From Chrysomallon squamiferum (Eukaryota > Animalia > Mollusca), in the NCBI GenBank assembly GCA_012295275.1, contig CM022679.1, positions 30,814,001 through 30,878,000 of the forward strand: DNA of 64,000 nt, read 5' to 3'. Positions 28,491-55,018 of the stretch are shown one piece after another. A model generated the notes under the pieces. It was not told the DNA's origin. It searched no databases and was given only the letters and a program-made list of their open reading frames with translations. Positions within the stretch are counted from its first letter, which is position 1. Each line of letters begins with the position of its first letter. Made by a program: the position numbers and the translations under genes.

Positions 28491-29129
28491 ATCTACAAAT
28501 AATGTTTTTTGTAGAAAATATCTAAAGTAAAACCTTAAACTTAATACGAGCCGCGCATTTAATTTTCCAAATTAAGTGCAACTAATCGACATCAACATCT
28601 GCTATCTTACTGTGTTGGCAATAATATTACTGCTGTACAATTAACTAATTGAACCAGTCTCGTCCTGCTCAAAGATTTGCTGATATATCTCCACTGTCTA
28701 GCTTTTAATTTAATGTAGTATTGTGGCACTTGCACCAAATAATATTTAATTATTTCCCGTTTATTGTTTGAATTGTATGTGTGTGTGATGTATGTGTATG
28801 TGTACATATATACACGCATACATACCTCCAGCATATATATATATATATATCTGACAGGTCATTATTACCTCGGTAATTAAGTTTGTTGATGAATAAGAGG
28901 TTCAATATAATTATATCTACGGACATTCGTATAATTAATGTTTCGTTAACAGTGGCTGCAACAACAACTAAACATATAAATCAGCTACTGTTATTGCTTC
29001 CTTGGTTAATATACAACAACAACAACTACTACTACTGCTACTACTACTATCACTACAATTGCTGCTATTGTTTCTCTATTTTAATCACTACCATCACCAT
29101 CACTATCACTACTACTACACTATTATTAT

Positions 29130-29169
<40 letters not shown>

Positions 29170-29370
29170 GCAACTGCTGCTCCATTACTACTCTACTAGT
29201 ACTTTGACTATTACATCTACGACTACCGACGTCAGCTACTATTACTATTGCTTCTTCTATCCTTTTATCAGCATAGTCACCATCAGAATTTCTACTACTA
29301 CTGCTACTACTACAAATGCTGTAACGAGAACGACTATACTAACGTATACCATTGGTACTGATATTACTCA

Positions 29371-29410
<40 letters not shown>

Positions 29411-30060
29411 TTTTAAGAGAGAGAGAGAGAGAGATTGTGTGTATGTGAAAGGACCACACTATCGTCAACAACAAAAGCTTGTATAGAACAGAAAGAAATT
29501 TTCACGCTCTGTTATTATTATATTTTGACGTTAATGGCGTTTGGACCGGAGTTTTCCAAACGCTATTTAGAATACATCTGAATCAGTACAACTGAATCAA
29601 TGCATGATACTTAAGCCTACAGCCACCATGATTAGTGACAGGTAAATAATTAAAACAGGCAAATAAATGAAGAATACGAACAGTTAGATGTACTGTGAGT
29701 ACATACTGAAAGAATAAATGAATAGATAAAAATATCGCTAAGCCATTGTGCTTAATCTGTTAAAGACAGCGATGTTTTCATATTGTTGTTTTCAAGACAA
29801 AAATGTCATTGCACTTATCATGAATACATTTATGTCGGTAACACAGTATGTATGGATCAATGAATGTGTTTATGTATTTGTGGTATAATTTATCCTCTAG
29901 ATGTGCATGCCTATTTATAGGGACCAGAGTGTGTATGTTTGTACGTACGAATGTGTGTAAACACCTATGAAAGAATAATGTATGTATCTATGTGCCTTTG
30001 TCAGTGCCCAAAAATATAGATATTTATCTAGTTATCTTTCCACTTCTTGCAGTGAATGCA

Positions 30061-30113
<53 letters not shown>

Positions 30114-30123
30114 TATAGATACA

Positions 30124-30159
<36 letters not shown>

Positions 30160-30303
30160 TATATACATATACATATACATTTATACATTTATACATATAT
30201 ACATACATACATACATAGACCCTACATATCGCTATCTATCTATCTATCTATCTATATCTATATATCTGTTTATTTATCTGTTTCAGGATTCAGCGGTTGT
30301 GAG

Positions 30304-42671
<12,368 letters not shown>

Positions 42672-43626
42672 ACTGTGAGACAACATTTTAAAACGTATTT
42701 GTAGGTTAAAAGCATGAACATCTTCAGTTCACGTTTTGACGTTTATTCTTCAGAATACTTTTTCATTAACGTTCATTTTGTATATTTCTTTGGCAAATCA
42801 GATACGAACGAAAAAAAAAATGCAAACAACAACAGAATAAAAACGTAAAATTCATGTTTATTTATTTACAAATAACTTCTTTTATATAGGAAAACGATTG
42901 TGTCTAAAAAGCAGTTCTTATGTATAATTTTGCATGAAATATACTGTAACAATAAATAAATTCAAAAAATAAAATTAACAGCTATTTTAACATTTTGTTG
43001 TAATTAATATTTTCAAATCATCATTATAATCATTGTTATCATTATTAATATTTCTATTAGTATTATTATAGTTATTATCATCATCTATCATCATCATTAT
43101 TCTAGGTGTTTAATTTACTTTTATAAAACTTGGTTAAATATTTTGTTAATTTCATGTGAACAATAAAATTACATGTATTTTTTTTTACTTTCTTCTTACT
43201 CTTGTTTGTTTGTTTGTTATTTTTTTTTTTATTCTACTCAGAACACAAAATATGCTTAGTTGTTTGTTGATGTGTTGTCTGTTAAATAACTTTCTGATGT
43301 GGCTTAGAATACAAAAAAAACAAAAACTTTTAATGGCTATATTTGTTACAGTAATTAAGTTACTGTTTGGAAGCGTAACAAGTCTGATATAGTCTGTAAT
43401 ACACAGTGTGAAAGTTATTGTATTTTTTTATTAGAAATACTTTGCAGTTTCGTTTTATAAAGAATACCATGTCCCCTTTGGAATGTAAATGGTATGTAAC
43501 CACATTATCATTCGCGTTTTTTGTCTACGTAAATTGTTTGTTACAGGCTGTTTGTAAATAATTGTAGTAGTAACTGTAATAACAGTGTTAGTAATAGTGG
43601 TAGTAGTAGCAGCAGCAATAGTAATA

Positions 43627-43873
43627 CAGGTACCGGACCAATTATCCGGAAATCTGGAACTACTCTTTCAAGCCGCGTGGCATTCATTCACTCGCTGCAC
43701 TGTTTACGTGTCGAGTCGCCACAATTCTGTATCGTCAGTTTTCTTTATGTTTTTAATTTTAAAATGTTTAAATTATTTACGTATTTAGATGCCTAGGTAC
43801 CAGAAAACCGGAAAATCCAGGAATTCGGAATGCCTCGGACCCCAAGGAGTTCGGATAATTGGTCCGGTACCTG
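43627..43873. mobile_element. Tc1/mariner-pogo (Tigger-like) MITE, copy A (intergenic, CpG-rich, internally deleted)
   Basis: Perfect 22-bp TIR CAGGTACCGGACCAATTATCCG ... CGGATAATTGGTCCGGTACCTG. Left flank is TA. Homologous to 47697-48030. Confidence 0.88.
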
Positions 43874-44384
43874 CAGTAGTACTATTAGTAATACTACTAT
43901 CAGTTGCAATAGTTACATTATTTCAGTAATATTAAGACCATTTATCCAGCTTTCAGAAAACTGGCTTTAATTTTTCACTAGATGTTTATTTGATAGTTTG
44001 AATTTATATTAAACCTTGGTTCGGAAAGATGTGAAAAAACTAAAATCTGGGTCACGTCTGCTCGCACGTTTTCCAGATAACTCGTCTGTTCCTGTAGCAG
44101 TGAAAACATAACAACAATTATAGTTCAATAGAAACTTTAATCACTAATTTAAAACAGTTTGACTGTTTTCTCAGCGATATCAGCAGACACATCAGTTGTC
44201 AAAACGTTGCAAAACGTTTACGATAAACATAAAATTTAGCTTTAATTATAGCGTGTTACTTCTGAAAACTCGTACTTTTATCAGTTGTCAGCAAGTGATC
44301 TTTTATATGCGCCTTACCACATACAGGACAACACATACCATTGCTTTTATTGACTCAAGGCTTTGCTCCACTTTTCATCTCATT

Positions 44385-44640
44385 ATAACTGTAACAGTAT
44401 ACACCTGTGGTATAACTGTAACAGAATACTGCTGTTTGTAACTGTAACAGTATACATCAGTGTTATAGCTGTAACAGCATACACCTGTTTGTAACTTTAA
44501 CAGAATACTCCTGTTTGTAACTAACAGCACAGACCTGTGTTACAACTGTATCAATATACACCTGTGTTATATCTTCAACAGTTATGTACCACTGGTAAAT
44601 ATATACCAGTATACACCTGTCCTATAACAGTATAACTTGT
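44385..44640. repeat. Degenerate ~23-27-bp minisatellite in the NPRL3 3'UTR region
   Basis: Repeated CTGTAACAG(T/A)ATAC(A)CCTGT(G/T)T..TAA units just beyond the NPRL3 stop codon. Confidence 0.8.
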
Positions 44641-44697
44641 GGCATTACAGTAAGAGTAACTCATTTGAATAGTAATGGTAAATATCTGCCTTGGTCT

Positions 44698-44896
44698 TCA
44701 GATTGCGTAGAACTCTGTAGCTGGGTCCTGGTGGCTGCAAGTGATGAGGACATCTTTAAATTTGTCCAGCAAGGTGAGGAGGTGGGAGCGGGTGATGTTT
44801 TCGTAAAACATTATTTCCTCCAGATGATGCTTTCCATTGAAGTAAGGACTTAGCCTGAAAGAACAACGCAAAGGCAAGGAAAGAAAGGTCAATGAG

Positions 44897-44936
<40 letters not shown>

Positions 44937-47024
44937 AACAAGAAGCTGAGATGGAAACAAAAAGTCTTTATTTAAACTGGACGTGAATTTCAAGTTTTTG
45001 TAACATCAAGTTTTACTGGTCTGTAAATAAAAACTTTAGGGACAATTGAATCGGGTGTGTGAAGACTTTCTGGTCAAAAGTCAAAAGTTTTACTCAGATG
45101 AAAAAAACACAAGTACCAACTGTTTCTTGATTTGTACCAAATTTTCCCCAGTGTTTTGTCATCATGTGTCAGGGCAGTTGTCTCCCCTGACTGGTTTCTT
45201 CGTGGACAAATATGTGCAAGTTTCTGTCACTGCGATCAGGATGAGTACTGAATAAGTGAGTAACAGTGAGCATCTTGCCACTAGGATATGGTGAGTACTT
45301 AACAGTTAGGATGTTGTGAGCATAATATCTATAAGAACTCACTGAATGCAATAACTATATGCTAATTATGATAAAATGAGGACTTTCTTACCAGAATATA
45401 GCGATTTTTTTTATCACTAAGGATATAGTAAGTATGGTACCACTAGGATATACAGTGGCTACTGTCTCACTTGGGATACTGTAAGTATTGCATTTCTAGG
45501 ATACTGTGGATACAAATAATGACTGATACACTAGGATATAATAAGTACTGCATCACCAAAATACAATAGATACTACATCACAAGGACACAGTAGATACTA
45601 GGATACAATGAGTTCTAATATATACTAAGACAAAATAGGGTACTTTTGGAGATACTGGATACTACATCACAAAGGATACAGTGGGTTCTGCAATCAGTAG
45701 GATTATGGAGGGTACTGCATAACTAGGATACAGCAGATACTAAATCTCTTGAATACAGTGAATACTGCATCACTATGAATATAATAAATATTCTTTCAGA
45801 AACATTTCACACCACTGCTACATTTCTACTCACTTCGCAAACAACTTCAGATCCTCCACATTCCTAGCGGCAGGACACTTCAAGATGGCCGCCTTGATGT
45901 TGGGCGCCAGGCTGTTGAGCAGCGAGTCCTGCAGTCGCCACTGCGCCTTCGTCTCCTCGGTGATGACGGTGCCATCGCTGGCCATCTCGCCCACAGACGG
46001 CGACTTCGACAACATGTTGAGCTGAGCTGACGGACCAAGACTCTCATCACTGTTCACTGTAATAGTCATAATAGTATAGTAATAGTAGTAGTAATAGTAA
46101 AAGTAGTATTAGTAGTAGTAATAATAATAATAACAGTAATAGTAATAATAATATTAATAATAATAATAATAATAATAGTAATAGTAATAATATTAATAAT
46201 AATAATAATAATAATAGTAATAGTAATAATATTAATAATAATAATAATAGTAATAGTAATAATAATAATAGTAATTATAATATAATAATAATAATAAAAA
46301 AAATAATAATTGTTTAATATTTATTTATTTTTGTATATATTTGTCACCTTTTAATTTATTTATTTAATAAGTTTGGTTTTTTTTTAATTATTATTTGTAC
46401 TTATCTTTTTACAGTTTATTTACTACTACTGAAATTATTATTATCATCAAAGGTCTCATGGAGAGTTTCAAATACATTTATTCATTATCATTTTATATAT
46501 GTTTGTGTGTGTATATATATATATATTATCATTATTTATTTATTTATTTATTTATTTTTTTATTTGTTTGTTTGTTTTGTTTGTTTGTTTTTTTTATTTG
46601 TTTGTTTGTTTGTTTGTTTAGAACATTTCTTGCTCTCACCAGAGGCAGCATCTGAGATACTGGACGTCTGCTGAACTCCAGCCTCGTCCATCAACACAGA
46701 CACGGACGGTTCCTCGACGATGTTGATGTCTGGCTTCACCTTCTTCATGCCTGCTGCAGGTGCCGTCAATTCTGGTGTTGTAGGAACCAGGAAGATGTAG
46801 GTGTGCAGCTGTAGCAGAAGGCGATGCTGTAGCATCCACACAACCAACTGGACTCTCTGAGCCTGAACAAATATTTCAAATTTGATTTAAAAAAACGGAA
46901 TCATTAATACATGCTATGCTTTTATTATCATTGCTATCATTATTAACAGTAGTAGTAATAACAACAATAATACAGCTATACAAATATTAATACTGCTGTT
47001 GTTGTTACTAATACCACTAATACA

Positions 47025-47058
<34 letters not shown>

Positions 47059-48331
47059 TTGCTGTTGTTGTTGATGTTACTTCTAAAACTATTACTACAG
47101 CTACTATTACAAGAAGCACTAGTACTACAAATATTATTACTGTTTAAGTTTTGCTGCTACTATTACTACTGCTACTACAACTACTGCTACTACAACTACT
47201 ACTATAAGAATTACTAGTAATGCAGTTTACTATAATTATCATTACTACTGTGTTACTGCTACTACTGCTATTGCTATTACTACTGTTACTACAGCTATTA
47301 CAAGAAGAACTACTACTACAAATATTATTATTACTGTTTAAGTTTTGCTGCTACTACAAGAATTACTACTAATACAATTTACTATATCATTACTACTATG
47401 TTGCTGCTACTAGTGCTATTGCTGTTGCTACTGTTACTACTACAAATATTATTACTAATATTGCTTCTACTACTGCTATAAGAACTACTACTACAATGAC
47501 TACAGATATGATTACTACTACTGATGTTTTTATTACAATTACAGGCCTTACTATTACTACTACTACTATCACTACTACTACTACTACTATTATTACTTCT
47601 GCTGCTACTATAGGCTAAGAATCCTCTTTTTTTTCAAAAAACACCTGGATTTCAGAATATTACAAAATCTAAGTCTTAATACAAATTCTGTTTATACAGG
47701 TACTGGACCAATTATCTGGCATCCTGAAATCTGAAAAGATCAGAAAACCGGAAGTTTTTTCCAGATGCTATTTTCATAGTTCATGCACGTGTGTTGTCCT
47801 CACCACACCTGAACTACTCTTTCAAGCCTTGTGGCATTCATTCACTCGCCGCATTGTTTACGTGTCAAGTCACCACAGTTGTGTATTGTCAGTTATTTAT
47901 GTTTTTGATTTTAAAATGTTTATTCCTAATTATTTATATATTTAGTGGCCTTGGTAGCAGAAAACCAGAAAATCCAGAAATCCATAATGCTTCAGGCTTC
48001 AAGGAGTCTGGATAATTGGTTCCATGCCTGTATTTCACATACAGCTTATACCAGATAGTGTTCAGGATGATTTTTATAAATATTTTTTAAGAATTTAATG
48101 CATGAAGTAAAGTTAGTGAAAGCAAAACAATCCAAAAACTATTGCTGGTACTATCAATATCACTACTACCACTACTTCTACTACTACTACTACCACATGA
48201 AAATAAGTTCAGCATATTATAATTATTAGTATTTTTATCAGCATTATAATAACTAATTTATTATCATAATCATTTTCAGTAATCAGTAAAAAGAAGAAAT
48301 ATGGCTTTAGAAAGATTGAAAAAATAATAAT

Positions 48332-48369
<38 letters not shown>

Positions 48370-51300
48370 TAAATGAAGTGAAAGCAGGCTAATTAAGATT
48401 GTACTGTTACCTTAATTAGGCATTAAGAAAGTCATTATATATATAATTTTATTTTGATAAAGTTCTTGCTATGGTATGATTAAACAAGGTAAATAAATTT
48501 TATACATTATTAAATGACTGGTTTTTTTTTTTTTTTTTATTTACTGAGAAATGCAATTTATAATAATGTGTACAGTTTAGTATTTTTGAAAAATGTCCTG
48601 ACAGCCATGATGTATCTTTGTGTTGTGTTTTTTGCCGATGTAGTAGTCATGGATGTTTACAACACCTTCTCACCTGGTGGTCAGGTCGCTGAGGTACATT
48701 TCTGTTTTCTCGCAGGTAACTAGGCAATGAGAACTCTGCCATTTCTACATGCAGGGATCTGCCAGGAAAATGATTCGTAAACTCTTCAACAAGCGGAGAA
48801 TTTCTGAAAATAATTATTAATTATTTTATTATTATTATTATTATTTCATACTGATCAGTGAAAAGACATGAATTAATAAATTACAATATGTTTCATCTTG
48901 GTTTTTAATTTATTTCCTTTTGCTACCATTTCATTGTTATTTTCAAATTTTAACTAATAAAAACAAACTGCAGTTATAATTTTTTTATCTATTTAGCAGC
49001 AAACGAAATCTTATATGTGCCATCCCATAAGCAGTGTAATACTTAAAATGCTTTTGTTCCTTCGTTAACAAAACTTATTTTACATCATTTACCAAGACAT
49101 TAACTAAAATCCCAATTTTATCAAAATTTCTAATACACTTTAACAACAACTTCCCTGTGATAGTTTTTTTTTATATGCTTCTTTTGCATCTGTGTTTTTG
49201 ATTAGAAAGCTGTATTCACAGATCTGCAAACTTACTTACACTAGGGTGTTGGCCTGTGGGGAGAGGACGTAGACGTTTGTTTCACACAGGGGGTAGATCA
49301 CAGTGGCCTTCGCCCAGTACACTAGATGACAGACCAGCTGAAACACCTGAGTTATTTGTTAGTAAACAATAAGATCAACAAAAATAAATAAATAAATAAA
49401 TAAGAAATCTGTGTGTGTGTGTGTGTGCATGTGTAATTGTGATTTTTAATTCCCATTTTAAAATGTTTTTCAATACAATGATTTTTTGTTTAAAATGTCA
49501 GTTTAATCCAGACAGTGAACAGCTGGTAGTTTTGCTTGTAATGACGAACTGTCTGGCATAACATGTTTGACATGTTACGCAGGTTAACTCCCCTGTTCTG
49601 TTTGAAAATAAGCTGTCATCGTCATGGTGACCACTACTTGTTTTTGCAAGAAGTTTATCAAAACAAATACGTCAGTGTATTTTTAATCAAGGTTGAGAAT
49701 AAAAACCATAACTATATAAATGGGATAAACCTTGTTATTTTGTTTGTTAAGATTACATTTTCATACATACATACATACATACACACACACACATACATAC
49801 ATATACACTGAGTGAAATCAAATTTTAGAACATTCAAGAACATTTAGTAAAAAGTGGATGGTGCAATTGCTTGTAAATAAAAATTATTTACTTGTCAGAT
49901 TCAATGGTTTATTTAAAAAAAAAAGTAACTGGTGTACTCAAACTTTAAAAAAATAACTAGTAAATTCAAACTCTGTTTGCAATGCATCTCACCCAAGCGT
50001 ATCCTCATACTACACTCTTTTCTTGCCCACATTCAAAATGCTAAACCTTTCAAGCAAATATCACAAATTTGCACCCTTTCATGCATGTCATCTTTTGCTG
50101 ACCAATCTTTCAACAAGCAAACTCATGCCAAAACTTGCAGTTTTCATGTCGGCAAGGATGGTTCAAAAATATTCCAACATGTGCGAATTTAAAAATTCAG
50201 AATGAATTTCTGCTCAAGTAATAATGTCAAGAAGTAAATAAAAAGTAAACAATCCCTAATTGTCATTCAGTCTTGAACAAATCAACAGGAAATGTTGTGG
50301 TTTTTTTTGTAATTTGCCTATAATTTGACCTTTCAGCCATTTGGTTTACGACACATACAATTCAGTGACTTTTTTTTCATGTAAAAATTAGTTATTCCTG
50401 TTTGACACAAAGCCACTAAAATATATTATACAAATTGTTAGTAGAGCTGCATAAAAGTTCATCATAATCAGATTCAAGAATATCTGGTTCAAATTCAAAA
50501 ACATCGGTTAATTTTAAGAACATTTGACAACATCCACGTCAAAACCAGTCAAGAACACCTAATCAAGATCAAGAACATTCTAGAACATCCAGACTAGTTC
50601 AAGAACATTTAAGAAAAAAGAATACACATGAACATTCAAGGTACAATAATGGAAAACCTTTGATGTCCTGTGCAAAACCTGACTACAAAATATTCTTTAC
50701 TTTGTGTATTGCTGGAAGCAGTTTCTGTTATCCATTTACCTTATTTCAGCTGGAGCAGGAAAGTTGCATTGTTAAATTTTGGTCCATCATAACAGTGAAA
50801 AAAATAAAATAAAATAACTAAATAAAAAAAATAAAAAAATAGTGGCCAACTTATTGAAGAAATACTAACCTGAGAAACAAAAAAAAAAATTACACCAAAA
50901 ACAAATGGCTGACTTATTGAAGAAATACTAGCCTGTGATAGGTTGAGATCAGCATCCAGTGATAAAGTCTGTAAGTTTTTCACTGGACTGGTCATTTTGA
51001 TCAGTCTGGTTAGGGTAGGGGTGCAGTCGATAGGCAGAGAGTTCAAAATTGTCTCCTTCTCAACCATCAGCAAGACTCCATGATACGGTCTGAAATATTA
51101 TTGTTAAGAAATATAGTACATCACTTTTACTTGTTAAAATGCTTAATAATAATGATTATAATAATAATGACAATAATGGCAATAATAATAATAATGATAG
51201 TAATAAAAATAATAATAATAACAGTAATAAAACAGTAATAATAAAAAAAGTAATAATTATAATAATAATGACAACAACAACAATGATAGTAATAAAACAG

Positions 51301-51872
51301 TAATAATAATAGTAATAATAATAATATTAATAATGATGATAGTAATAATAACAATAATATTTTTAGGTGTTAAAATATTACAATATTATAAAGAGATATA
51401 AATATATACTTAGTATAATTTTAAGTAGTTTTTGTCTAGATATTTTAACATGTATTAAAACAAAATAATGTGTTTGCATGTGTCTGTGTTTTTAAACCTG
51501 TACTAATGTATGTGTGAGTAGATGTTTGTGACTGTGTGTGCATCTATACATGTATGCGTGTGTCTGTGTGTGTTTGTGTGTAAGTGTGAGTATGTGTGCA
51601 TTTTGATTTGCATGATCACATGTGTGTGTATTTATCTGCACATGGGTGTTTGGGTGTTTGTGTGCATGTATGTCTGTGGTTCGTGTATATATATATATAT
51701 ATATATATGTAAACCTGTGTTTGTTTATAAATTTGGTAGTGAAACCAAATTTACCTTAAAGCTGCAAGACACTTGTGAATCACCTCTGGCTAAAAGTATA
51801 ATAATATACATACACAAACCCATCAACATTATATCCTTACTACAAATACATATGTAAAACATTCATATACAC

Positions 51873-51938
<66 letters not shown>

Positions 51939-54885
51939 CACAAAAAAGTATAATAAATATATAAGTCCATATAGGTAGGTAGGTAGGTAGGTATGTAGGT
52001 ATGTATGTATGTATGTATGTATGTATGTATGTATGTATGTATGTATGTATGTATGTATGTATACATAATTAAAATGAAAAAGTGAAGAACAATACTTATA
52101 AAACCAGTGTTTAGGATGCTTAATTTTTCTTGATTTCTGATCTTGGTCTTAACAGATATTTGAAACACAAAATAAACAACGAAAACTAAAGAATGAACTT
52201 TATTTAATAGATACAAATTAGTACAATGTTCTGTTAATTCTGGATTTCTGAAAGCTAAGTAAATGGTCTGATACCTGCACAGGTTGTGAATCCATTATCC
52301 AAAAAGCTTGAGAGTAGAAGTGTTTCATATTTTGGAATATTTTGGATTTTGAAATATAAGAGATAGCATGGGAATAGAATGTATTTGTCTAACATAAATT
52401 CCATTTATTTTTATACAGTAGTGTGGAGGATTTTAAAATAATATTTTTAATAATGTTGTGCTCAAAATGTTTCATTCACTCAGAAAAAGTTTTGGATTTT
52501 TGAATTTTGGATAAGGTATCCTCAACCTGTGCTTTTCAAACATAAACAATTAATATGTTGTATAGATACAGATTATAAACAGACTAACCTCAATGTGGAG
52601 TATTTTTGTACCCACTGATATTGTGTGAATCTTGTGCGGAAGGCAGAAGTTAATTTCTATCCATTTGTTCATGTGAAACTGCACTATGCCTGTTGCAAGA
52701 ACACTGAAACACAGATTACCAAAAAATATTTTCAACTGAAGCTGAATGTTCTACTGATCTGGTTACAAATTCAATATAATAAAAATCTATAATGTTCTCA
52801 TACTCATCGTAAACCTTCTTTAATTCCTGTGCCAACAAACTCCTTTCCAGAATAATTTTGTAAGGAGAAACCATGGAGTCTGAAAAACAGAAAATATTTT
52901 TATAATTCATCATACTGTCAGAAAAAAATTCATTTATAAAGAAGAGAGTACAATGTCAAAATAATTACCACTAAAACATAGACAAAACAGAAACAATAAA
53001 AGTATTACTATTTCTAATAATACTGAGACCAACATCATTGACATTACAACTGTCACCATATTAAATTATTAATATATACTATATTACAATACTAATACTA
53101 CAACCAGTTATATTACTACTACTACTGTTACTACTTCTACTACATCTATTACTATTACTACTACAACTTCTATTAAAACTACCAGTTCGATTATTCCTTC
53201 TAGTCTTGTATTACTACAACTACTTCTACTACTGCAACTAGTACATTTTTCCTAAGATAGGAGTCCACAAAATGTTTATTGAGTGATAACTCTTCCTGGA
53301 ATTGAAATCATAAACATTTTTGTCGACCCCTCTCATTTCTTCTGTTTAATTAACAATGATGAAAAAAGAATAATAAAAACTAAAAAAATAAAACTAACAT
53401 TATTATTTTATTGACTCTTCAGTGTACCTGAAGGGTGGAATGTCTTGAGATAATCTTTCAGAATCTTATTAATGTTAAGGTTGTAAATTGGTGAGTTTTA
53501 GAACCCTCTTCTACACTCAGATTTACTTCTTAACTTTGTTTTAAAAAAACAAAAAAATGTATTTTGCATGTCTGCAAGAAACATCCAGTCACAGAGAAAA
53601 CCCTGGCAATGCAAGTAAAACTGTTTTTCAAAAATGATGACATTAATTAACATCATTTAGACTACCTGTACGACAAAAGTCCAAAAACGTAAATTAACCC
53701 CTGAACACCCTTCTGAAATCACTCACTGACCTCTAATACTGACCACTCTGGACACCATTTGACCTAAGCCAGTTACTTCGACCCAAAGCTAAAACTAAAG
53801 AGTGCAAAAATTTAAAACCTTCTGGCATTGCTGCAACTTCGTCGTTGGCAGACATCATAATTTTTGCCTGCAGTGACAGAAACTGACATCGGCGTTCTTC
53901 ATGACCAATGGCAACAGTGAGCTGTTTAGCCAGTTCAAAGTAGCAGTCTGTGACCGAGGTACTCACATTGGCCTGGAAATACAAAATTTAGAGAAAACAA
54001 TGGCTGGTAAAAAAATTAACATACAGTTCATGTATTTAAGCCCTGAAAACAATAATAAAAAAAAATCTGTTGGAAGAAAATTTTATTAAAAATATGTACA
54101 TCTTTTTCATTTATAAATTATTTTTATTTTTTTATTTTTTTATATTTATTTATTTTAATTTAGTTAGATACATATTTATATTATTATGATTATTATTGTA
54201 CTATTTTTATTATCATATTAATAATTATTACTGTTGTTGTTGTTGCTGCTGTTACTGGCTTTAAACTTAAATTTTTGAAAATGTCATTAAGTGGTTGAAT
54301 TAAAAAATACAAGGGGGTCCTCAACCTTTAAAAGCACAAGATAACATAGATTAATTATTTAAAAATCAAACTACCCTGACAAAGTCATTGCAGAAAGCAT
54401 AATTCAGGCCCATATCAGCAACCTGAACCCATAACACAACAACACATACCACGGTATTAGGTAAAACAAAAAACCCACCCAAGTGATGAAAATAGAGATT
54501 TTTTTTTTTTTTTTTTTTTTTTTTTCATTTTTCCGGGATTTATTATATTATTTACAATATATTTATTTGCTAACACAATTTCAGTATTAAAAAATGTGAT
54601 CAAAGATTTCTCTTACTTTGAGTACAAACACAATGTTCACGGTTATGATCATGTGACCTGATGTCTGTTTTGATGCATGGTGCAACTGGACAGGGTAGCC
54701 AATGAATCGCAAATCATCGATTTTCAGATCAAATTTCTGTCTGCAGAGTGAAGATGATTTGACAGCCAGGAGGTTAGCTAGGATGTTATCTGTAAACCTA
54801 CAGCGTTAAAACAGAAAACTCTCAGAGCAAGAAAGAGAATTATAAATTTATATTATAGTTGTATATTTATGTATATAAAAACAAA

Positions 54886-54936
<51 letters not shown>

Positions 54937-54953
54937 TTTATGTATATAAAAAA

Positions 54954-55018
<65 letters not shown>

